Shown: one piece after another, positions 57,265 to 64,000 of the stretch
Numbering within the stretch: the first letter of the stretch is position 1
How the letters are laid out: every line of letters begins with the position of its first letter
Origin: a virus
Lineage: Duplodnaviria; Caudoviricetes
Length of the DNA stretch: 64,000 bases
Reading direction: 5' to 3' (one strand)
Virus record (IMG/VR): IMGVR_UViG_3300016667_000797
Span: 14,374 to 78,373 of that record
Program-made: the position numbers and the translations under genes
Notes under the pieces: model-generated
What the model was told of the DNA's origin: nothing
The model's input: the letters and a program-made list of their open reading frames with translations, nothing else
Databases searched by the model: none

Positions 57265-57636
57265 ATGTGGCTGGCACTCTCGAGTGATGGCGAACTGACC
57301 CGCGTACAAATGGTCCGCGAGTTGCAAGAGAACCAGTACATGCCGGTGATGTACTACGAGAAGGACGGTCAACTCGTGGTGCCGTTCTTCGCATCGGCTG
57401 CATTGGCCACGCAGTTCGCCCGACGTAACACACCGCGAGGTTTCTCGGTCGCCTGTGTGACCCTGGACGACGAATGCCGAGACAGCCTGAAGGCGGATGG
57501 TTTCGTCTTCGAGGAACTCAACTGGCCCAATCGACGTGACACCAAGGTGCATGTGGTTTACACAACAGACGAGGTCCGTACACATGTGTGTGGCTTGCGT
57601 AATGACCGCGTGATTCGGGGTGGGGTGTTTCAATGA
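57265..57636 (+). CDS. Hypothetical protein
   Basis: 123-aa ORF. Confidence 0.6.
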   Translation: MWLALSSDGELTRVQMVRELQENQYMPVMYYEKDGQLVVPFFASAALATQFARRNTPRGFSVACVTLDDECRDSLKADGFVFEELNWPNRRDTKVHVVYTTDEVRTHVCGLRNDRVIRGGVFQ

Positions 57637-57833
57637 ATGAAGAACCGATACTGGTCTGGTTTGAGTATTACCATCTGCCGAAGCATTTGCAGGCGGTGTC
57701 CAAGTCGTTTTTCGAGCTGGCAGATCTGGTCTGCTCGACGTGCGAACCGGGGCCGGAGCGCAGCGTGGCCTTGCGTAAGTTACTTGAAGCCAAGGATGCA
57801 GCCGTGCGTGCACGGTTGAAGCCTGGCAGCTGA
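57633..57833 (+). CDS. Conserved small phage protein
   Basis: FEYYHLPKHLQAVSK...GPERSVALRKLLEAKDAAVRA is a widespread phage motif (from memory). Confidence 0.75.
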   Translation: MNEEPILVWFEYYHLPKHLQAVSKSFFELADLVCSTCEPGPERSVALRKLLEAKDAAVRARLKPGS

Positions 57834-58008
57834 GCTATCACCCTGACGAAGGAACGCAGGTTTTGTTCGACGGAAGCGTACCTCAATCAGACGAGGGTCG
57901 CCATGAGCTTGGACAAGGGTATTCGGCATACGAATTGGGGCTTTTGTCGCGGCAAACGCACCCATAGGCAACATCAGAAACTTAAAAAAGCCCAGCGAGA
58001 GCTTCAGG

Positions 58009-58416
58009 ATGAATATGCGCACCGGCAACGGAAAACAATCGAAGATCCGGCAGACGTTCGCAAAAATCTATGACTGGCTCTTCACACCCAACCATGTGCC
58101 TGCCTACGGTCACGTGCGCGTCAGTGGTACTCGAACCGTGCACCGCACTTTTGAGCTGCCGGTGCGGTTCGTTATTGAGGGGCGAATCATCTCGTCCACA
58201 GGTAGGGTTACCTATCTATGCATGCCCACACCCAGAAACACAGGAGATCTGGAGTGGCTTGAACCAGACTCTGTCCGAATCGGTAACGATTTGCGAAACT
58301 TGGTTCGAGCGCCCAGTGTTTGCAAACTAGCCGATCCGATCTTGTTTCGCGGTGAGCTTCACTATCCTGCGGGTGGAGAACGCTCCCATATCAAATTCAC
58401 GGTGTACGCTGAATGA
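58009..58416 (+). CDS. Hypothetical protein
   Basis: 135-aa ORF. Confidence 0.45.
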   Translation: MNMRTGNGKQSKIRQTFAKIYDWLFTPNHVPAYGHVRVSGTRTVHRTFELPVRFVIEGRIISSTGRVTYLCMPTPRNTGDLEWLEPDSVRIGNDLRNLVRAPSVCKLADPILFRGELHYPAGGERSHIKFTVYAE

Positions 58417-58640
58417 TCATCTATGAACCGCGCAACCAGCTGGAGGTGGAGACGCCCAAAGGGCGTGCCACCGTCTGGCTGGTGACGGAATATGGGGCAG
58501 AGACAGAGAAGGTCATGACCTGTATCATTAAGGCGACCGGCGAGATCTGGGAGTTCACCAACCGCGAGGTGCGGGCGGTGTGCAACCTGACGTTTGGTCG
58601 AGGAGTGTACCGTGAAGATTCTCAAACTGACCCAAGCTGA
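58413..58640 (+). CDS. Small hypothetical protein
   Basis: LEVETPKGRATVWLVTEYG...TGEIWEFTNREVR. Confidence 0.6.
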   Translation: MIIYEPRNQLEVETPKGRATVWLVTEYGAETEKVMTCIIKATGEIWEFTNREVRAVCNLTFGRGVYREDSQTDPS

Positions 58641-58949
58641 AGTGAACCACCTGCTCGGACTCGTAGAAGAATCTGAGCGTTCGGGGATTTACACGGCGCC
58701 GATCGAGCACTATAAAAAGCGGACCCAAAGTCTCAAGCGCAAGTTGGAGAATGCACCGGATGCACCCAAACGAGCCAAAGCCGCTGGAGAGTTACTGTCC
58801 GGTCTGTCGCCGGGCGATGAATTATCACAAGGGATATGGGGCGAACCCGGTGACATGCAGTCGGGCCTGTCACAAGGAGTTCGGATGGCGGATGAGCCTG
58901 TCCGTACGCCAGCAAGACTACGAGCCCGACCCAGATCGCGACAGGAACT

Positions 58950-59525
58950 TTGATGTCACGTAAGGATGCCGAAATCGAGCAAAAGGTCAAAGACAACATT
59001 CGGCTGGTACCGTACATCCTCAAGGATATGCGGAACATACCTGAGGTGCGGGATGACCGGGATTGGGCTGAGTCGTGCGCGCTATGGGGACTCTACAAGG
59101 CGGCACGCACTTATAATCCTACGGTCGGTAAATTCAGCACCTATGCCGCAGTCTGTATCAAACGTGAGATCTTGCGCGAGGTTGCCCAGTATTGCCGGGC
59201 GCAGAAGCGGGACTCTCGCCGCACCCGAGTCTCGGACAAGGTTGGTTTGCGGAAATCAACACCAGCAGAGCTACCTACATTTGAAGGTTATGGTCGTCTG
59301 CCTGAGTTGCTCGACTGTTTGACCCCAGGGCAACGTCACGTGGTGGAAGAACACTTTGGGCTTTATGCTGAACCAAAGACGCTGGCACAGCTTGGACGTG
59401 AGCTGCGCATCACGCGCAATGGTGCGCGCACGCGTCTCACTGCGGCGTTGTCGCGCATGCAGCGCTACGCCGAGAAGCAGCGACTTGAGCTGCAAGACAA
59501 TCAGGTTATCCGCGCAGGAGCCTAA
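58950..59525 (+). CDS. Sigma-70-family sigma factor-like protein, tandem paralog A
   Basis: NIRLV, GLYKAARTYNPTVGKFSTYAAVCIKREI (region 2), KTLAQLGRELRITRNGAR (region 4). Confidence 0.8.
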   Translation: MMSRKDAEIEQKVKDNIRLVPYILKDMRNIPEVRDDRDWAESCALWGLYKAARTYNPTVGKFSTYAAVCIKREILREVAQYCRAQKRDSRRTRVSDKVGLRKSTPAELPTFEGYGRLPELLDCLTPGQRHVVEEHFGLYAEPKTLAQLGRELRITRNGARTRLTAALSRMQRYAEKQRLELQDNQVIRAGA

Positions 59526-59539
59526 GGAGTCGTAGTAGC

Positions 59540-60118
59540 ATGACAAAGGAATTGACAGCTACGCCCGAAGAAATCGAGCAACGGGTCAACCAGAACCAAA
59601 AACTGGCCTGGCTGGCCGTGCGGCGCACGCAAGGATATGCAGAAGTGCGTCGAGACCCGGACTGGTTTTTATCTTCAGCCATGTTCGGCCTGTTCAAGGC
59701 TGCGCGTACCTATGATCAGTCAAAGGGACAGTTCAGTACTTACGCGGTGACTTGCGCACGTTGGGAGATCACGCGAGAAGTTCACTTTTTGCGATCCAAG
59801 AAGCGAGATCAGACGCGTACACGCCAGCTTGAGGACTTTGACGCAATCGGCACGGCGGACGCGCCTCCGGAATTTGAGGGCTACGCGCATCTGGATACTC
59901 TGCTGTCGTGTCTGAACGCCGAACAGCGTGAGTTGATCAGCAAGCACTATGGCTTGATTGGCCAGCCGATGTCCCGCACGGAGCTTGCTCAGGAACAGCG
60001 GTGTTCGGTGGAATCTGTCCGAACCCGGCTGTTGAGGATTTATCGCAAACTGCAGTTACAGGCAAACCATCTCAAGCTGGATTTGCGCGATTGTCAACTT
60101 GTACCGCGGGATTCGTAA
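59540..60118 (+). CDS. Sigma-70-family sigma factor-like protein, tandem paralog B
   Basis: NQKLA, GLFKAARTYDQSKGQFSTYAVTCARWEI, MSRTELAQEQRCSVESVR. Confidence 0.8.
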   Translation: MTKELTATPEEIEQRVNQNQKLAWLAVRRTQGYAEVRRDPDWFLSSAMFGLFKAARTYDQSKGQFSTYAVTCARWEITREVHFLRSKKRDQTRTRQLEDFDAIGTADAPPEFEGYAHLDTLLSCLNAEQRELISKHYGLIGQPMSRTELAQEQRCSVESVRTRLLRIYRKLQLQANHLKLDLRDCQLVPRDS

Positions 60119-60269
60119 CATGTTCGACGACGACGATGAGTTGGGTGAATTCTTCGGGCCAGATCAGTTTTGGCGGATACTTTTGTCGATCTGTGGATTG
60201 TTGTGGATTGCGGCTGTGTTATCGTTTATCACGGGATAAGCAACCAACACAACAAGGAGTCAAACGCAA

Positions 60270-60656
60270 GTGAACAACGCTCAATACTATTTCGACCTGT
60301 CGCTCTACCAGGCCGTGCGTTCGGCCATGGAATGCAACGGGCAGAAGTGGACGGCACCGGTCTCGCGCAACTACATGACGGACGGCTATGTCTGGCCGCA
60401 AGAAGTGCAGGCGATCAACTGCCTGACGGCCGCGGGAAAGCCGATTCCTACGTACCCGGTGATTCCCAATCCCAACCCGGCACGGCAGCAGGCGATCAGT
60501 CGCTGGGCTGTGGATGAGAAGCTCTGGGCCACGGCGCTGACGCAGTGCCAGATCTCGCTGCCCAAGCCGGACCTGCAAAGTTATATCGACAGCCCAACCT
60601 ACGTGTGGCCGCACGTGGCCGAGGCCAAGAAGTGTCCGGCCAACAACCCTGCTTGA
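60270..60656 (+). CDS. Hypothetical protein
   Basis: AAGGAG RBS, GTG start. Confidence 0.6.
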   Translation: MNNAQYYFDLSLYQAVRSAMECNGQKWTAPVSRNYMTDGYVWPQEVQAINCLTAAGKPIPTYPVIPNPNPARQQAISRWAVDEKLWATALTQCQISLPKPDLQSYIDSPTYVWPHVAEAKKCPANNPA

Positions 60657-60666
60657 GGAGCACAGC

Positions 60667-61014
60667 ATGTCGGAACCTGAATACCTGAAGCTGATTCCGG
60701 ACGAGATCACGCAGGCGATGCTGGACCAGCTGGAGTCGCTGGCAATCCAGCTGGTCTCTAACCAGTCGCTTTCAATTCCGGATTTTAACAATTGGATCTG
60801 GAAGTTCGCCCCGGCGCTGGTGCTGGGCCTGCTCAGGAAAGACAAAACAAAAGAACAGGAGATCGCCGCCTTGAAGCTGACGATCTCCCGGTTGGCTGAG
60901 ATGCTGTACGACGCACAGCGACGGATCTACCCGGACATCAAGCCGATTGACATCGAGGCACTGTTGGCTGAGTCGCGTAAGATTCTAGCTGATGCCCAAC
61001 AGACCTCTTCCTGA
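60667..61014 (+). CDS. Hypothetical protein
   Basis: GAGGAG RBS. Confidence 0.65.
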   Translation: MSEPEYLKLIPDEITQAMLDQLESLAIQLVSNQSLSIPDFNNWIWKFAPALVLGLLRKDKTKEQEIAALKLTISRLAEMLYDAQRRIYPDIKPIDIEALLAESRKILADAQQTSS

Positions 61015-61039
61015 CCCAGAGCCGCCAAGAGGTACTTAA

Positions 61040-61246
61040 ATGCGAAAGCCAAAACGTAACAAGGCAAAGTTTCGCACGCCGCCACCTACCATGAAACGTG
61101 TCATCTGCCCTGACTGCGGCAAAGTCAACGTAAGATGCGATGTTTTTGACGGGTCTGAGTGCATATTTGGCGTTTGTCCGAAGTGCCGCGCCGAATTGTA
61201 TTTTGCAACCCCGATGGTCAATGCAGGCGCGATGAGATTCTCATAG
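61040..61246 (+). CDS. Small zinc-ribbon protein
   Basis: CPDCG and CPKC; GAGGT RBS. Confidence 0.6.
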   Translation: MRKPKRNKAKFRTPPPTMKRVICPDCGKVNVRCDVFDGSECIFGVCPKCRAELYFATPMVNAGAMRFS

Positions 61247-61498
61247 CGCCTGCCGCCTCCGCCTGACGTATTGGGCCACCTTGCCGTCCAGCTCCCCGAT
61301 CAGCTCGTCGAGCTTTTCGGGGTAATGGCGGATGATCGCAGCGAACAACCGGTCGGCGTGGGGATAGTTGAGCTGATCCGGAGCATCGACATGATTCTCG
61401 ACCACGAAGACCAGATGCATCCAGTCGAGCGAATCCATGTCTTGGTCCGCGACTTGCTCGGTCAGTTCCTGGATCTCTTCGATCTGATTATTCGACAT
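61241..61498 (-). CDS. Small minus-strand hypothetical protein
   Basis: AGGAGA RBS on minus strand before MSNNQIEEIQ; converges with 61040..61246. Confidence 0.55.
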   Translation of the reverse strand: MSNNQIEEIQELTEQVADQDMDSLDWMHLVFVVENHVDAPDQLNYPHADRLFAAIIRHYPEKLDELIGELDGKVAQYVRRRRQAL

Positions 61499-61576
61499 TG
61501 GGTTTCTCCTGGGTTGAGAAATGGAACTTGGACATGGTAGCAACCACAGCCGCGAACGCCAAGAAGGAGACGACCC

Positions 61577-61855
61577 GTGACCGTTGAAGAAGAAATTGCC
61601 TGGCACCATCAACAACACGCGCATGCGCTGGCGTTGCTCAACGCCCCCTGGACGGCGTCTGTGAATGAGTATTTCGAAACAATTCCGGAGTCGTATCGCA
61701 CCGAGCTTGTGGTTCGAGCCAAACAGGTGCGTGAGCGACAACTGATTGCAGAAACCAAGGTCGAGCGTATCACTCCGTGGTTGCACTCGATGAAAGACAA
61801 ACTGGCGTGGCTGGAGAAGTATGTCTTTGGCCCATTTCCGCCTGGAGAACTGTGA
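61577..61855 (+). CDS. Hypothetical protein
   Basis: AAGGAG RBS. Confidence 0.55.
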   Translation: MTVEEEIAWHHQQHAHALALLNAPWTASVNEYFETIPESYRTELVVRAKQVRERQLIAETKVERITPWLHSMKDKLAWLEKYVFGPFPPGEL

Positions 61856-61856
61856 C

Positions 61857-62084
61857 ATGGATCTGGAGGAGTTGCGGGCGCGATACGAGAAAGAGGCCAG
61901 ATACACCAACCGGTGGCTGGCTTTTTTGCTTTTGATCTGTATGATTGGTCTGACCTTGGCGTTCTACGAGATCTACCAAGAGGAACAGAAGTATGTGCGG
62001 AGCCGATGGAAAACGCCCTGTCGGCCTGTAACGAGTCCCGCAACAGCTTTGCCTTTTACCGGGGCGAAGAGCCCACCGACATGA
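61857..62084 (+). CDS. Small single-pass membrane protein
   Basis: WLAFLLLICMIGLTLAFY hydrophobic segment. Confidence 0.45.
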   Translation: MDLEELRARYEKEARYTNRWLAFLLLICMIGLTLAFYEIYQEEQKYVRSRWKTPCRPVTSPATALPFTGAKSPPT

Positions 62085-62284
62085 AGGACTGGACGGTATG
62101 AAACTGATGCTGATTTCAATGCTGGTTTCCACTCTTACTGCGCTGGCAGTCTGGGGGGTATTCCTCACAATACTTATTTTGCGAGAGCAGTCAGGTCTGG
62201 CATCGTTCCGACCCAATAAGGATCGTAAGGAATGATCGGCGAAACTGCTGCGGCGCTGAAGACGAATGTTCACGGGGGCAATCA

Positions 62285-62527
62285 ATGGGCAGCGTTACAA
62301 CACACTACTGCGATAGATGCAAGAAAACAGTCAGCAAAGATAAGCTCATTGCAGTTCTTGTAGGTAGCTCACAGGGAGAAGAAGTCTGCCGCGAATGCGC
62401 TATAAGAGCACATACTTCTGGAGTTGTCGTTTCCATAGCTGATGGCACTCTGGATGCGTTTGAAAATCAGATCCAGCTGTTAAAAACTCAGGAGGCCGGA
62501 CTTACATGGTCGGGAGCACAGACGTGA
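62285..62527 (+). CDS. Small Cys-pair hypothetical protein
   Basis: YCDRC and VCREC. Confidence 0.5.
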   Translation: MGSVTTHYCDRCKKTVSKDKLIAVLVGSSQGEEVCRECAIRAHTSGVVVSIADGTLDAFENQIQLLKTQEAGLTWSGAQT

Positions 62528-62871
62528 CGCTGAAGGCGGTGGGCGATCCGGAGACCGTGGAAGCCTTCGCAAGGCTAATCCAGCATGTCTGGCCTACGGC
62601 CCAGTACGAGGACGCAGGCACCGGCGCCAAGTATGACGACCTGGGTGACATTCCCTTTGGGCAAGCCAAGGAGCTATTGGTCTATCCCGATTGGAGCACG
62701 ATGCAGCTCTGGGACGAGGGGCGAGAGGCACCGGAGAATTCCTTGACTGCCCTTGTGTGCCGGGATCAGGATGTTACACTGGTTTGCGACGCTCCCCAAA
62801 GGGGGACAATTCAAACCATTCTGGAAGGCGCCCGTGGCCTGACCCGGTCGCTGCGAGGAAGCTGGGTATGA
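62506..62871 (+). CDS. Hypothetical protein
   Basis: 121-aa ORF with AGGAGG upstream. Confidence 0.55.
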   Translation: MVGSTDVTLKAVGDPETVEAFARLIQHVWPTAQYEDAGTGAKYDDLGDIPFGQAKELLVYPDWSTMQLWDEGREAPENSLTALVCRDQDVTLVCDAPQRGTIQTILEGARGLTRSLRGSWV

Positions 62872-63218
62872 GTGACAATCATTTGCTGCTGAAACTCTAT
62901 TCGGCGTTACAACTGGCGTACCCGCTGATCAAAGCCAACTCTATGGAGAGTGGTGAGAAGTATGACCGCTACGTTTACCAGGAAGCCCACAACGCCCTGG
63001 TAGAAATGGACGGTCGGGACGAACCCTGTAAGGTCGTCAAGGTTGGCATTCCGGAGATCCGCAAGTACATGAAGACCTGTGAGGATCCGATGACCAAGCT
63101 GATCTACCGCCGCTGGGAAGAGGCTCGCCGGAAGAATTCCATGTGGTGTAGCCGGGTGGCCAAGCTGGAAGAAGAAGTCGCACGGCTGAAGGGTTGGCTT
63201 GCACCGCAGGAGGAGTGA
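62868..63218 (+). CDS. Hypothetical protein
   Basis: Start chosen at MSDNHLLL by ATGA overlap. Confidence 0.5.
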   Translation: MSDNHLLLKLYSALQLAYPLIKANSMESGEKYDRYVYQEAHNALVEMDGRDEPCKVVKVGIPEIRKYMKTCEDPMTKLIYRRWEEARRKNSMWCSRVAKLEEEVARLKGWLAPQEE

Positions 63219-63910
63219 TGTGGGTTGACATAGATGCCGTCAACGACAACGATGAGCGCACGGACATCACGGCCGAGGTCTACCGGATCTTCGATCACTG
63301 GATTCAGGTGGAGCGGGATACCAAGACAAAAACCTGTGACCTGCTGGTGTGCGACCTGGTCAACACTCTGATCAGTGTAGGTCTGGTCAGACCGATCCCA
63401 AAGGAGCAGCAAGTGACGAAACTCAAAGATAAGTGTGTCGTTGAGCTAGTGGCAGATGACGACAGGGCTCTGGTAGCTTGTCTTAACCGGCATGATATAG
63501 GCTATGAGCTGGTCACGACCGATTATGCGAATAACAATAGTCCCGTCATATTTAAGTTGGCGGTAAGCGACTACCTGAAAGTGAAGGACGAATTGCAGCT
63601 GATTTTGAAGAAGCAGCAAGTGAAAGACGGAGATCGGCTGAACTGTCTGTTTGATTTGAGGGAAGCGTTGATACGCGCGCTCAAGGCGTACACGCCAATA
63701 CTGCCAACACCACCGTCGTTGGCAGTCGAGCTGAAAAAGGTGGATGACGAGATTTGCACTCTCGACAGGTTCTACTTCACGCGCCTGCAGTTGCATGGCA
63801 CACCGGATGGTTGGACGAAGGAGGCAACGCAGCTGTTCGCGACCTACGCACTGTACCTGGAAGACGAACTGAAGAAGCTAAAATCCGGAATTGAAGGATC
63901 CACGACATGA
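63218..63910 (+). CDS. Hypothetical protein
   Basis: AGGAGGAG RBS before MWVDIDAV. Confidence 0.55.
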   Translation: MWVDIDAVNDNDERTDITAEVYRIFDHWIQVERDTKTKTCDLLVCDLVNTLISVGLVRPIPKEQQVTKLKDKCVVELVADDDRALVACLNRHDIGYELVTTDYANNNSPVIFKLAVSDYLKVKDELQLILKKQQVKDGDRLNCLFDLREALIRALKAYTPILPTPPSLAVELKKVDDEICTLDRFYFTRLQLHGTPDGWTKEATQLFATYALYLEDELKKLKSGIEGSTT

Positions 63911-64000
63911 AGCCTCAGCTTGACGACAAGTATCTGAATCGGCTGCGCCACAAGGCTGAGTATGCCACCGCGGGCCCCTACGTAGCCAACGGGGTCGGCG

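Noticed and set aside
57834-58008. Possible tRNA/ncRNA in apparent intergenic gap
   Set aside because: No cloverleaf or T-loop motif seen; a short basic ORF (MSLDKGIRH..., from 57903) probably occupies it.
61878-61895. Possible self-target of array unit U5 (TAxGAxAAxGAxGC in the YEKEA codons)
   Set aside because: Only the first 5 of 11 dinucleotides match, which is plausible by chance in 64 kb.

Overview
A 64-kb segment of a large lytic-type dsDNA bacteriophage genome. It is almost entirely coded on the + strand and gene-dense. I saw no rRNA, tRNA, canonical CRISPR-Cas or transposase. Layout: (i) 1-12.6 kb, small early/accessory genes (RNase H end, 2OG-Fe(II) oxygenase, dCTP deaminase, two RNA-polymerase alpha-CTD-like domains, sigma-like proteins); (ii) 12.6-13.3 kb, an AT-rich region bracketed by a ~55-bp inverted repeat built from hairpins; (iii) 15.6-18.4 kb, a RAMP/Cas7-like gene followed by a ~1-kb non-coding array of 13 units, each made of 8-15 GGY-NN pentamers closed by a GNRA-tetraloop hairpin repeat, a candidate RNA-guided system with a gapped dinucleotide code (matches my recollection of recently reported VIPR systems; not verifiable here); (iv) 19.8-43.6 kb, replication/recombination module (SbcD/SbcC, a second RAMP-like gene next to an IS110/Nop-like gene, SF2 helicase, DnaB-like helicase, primase, UDG-fused family A polymerase, thymidylate kinase, SSB-like, RecA-like, exonuclease, Holliday junction resolvase); (v) 48-57 kb, probable portal with a homing-endonuclease intein, a glycosyltransferase cluster and a tubulin/FtsZ-like GTPase; (vi) 57-64 kb, small genes including two tandem sigma-70-like factors. 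A 12-bp palindromic motif AAWTCCGGAWTT recurs at least 9 times across the window. A Planctomycetota host is a weak inference. All family assignments are by eye from motifs; no database searches were run.
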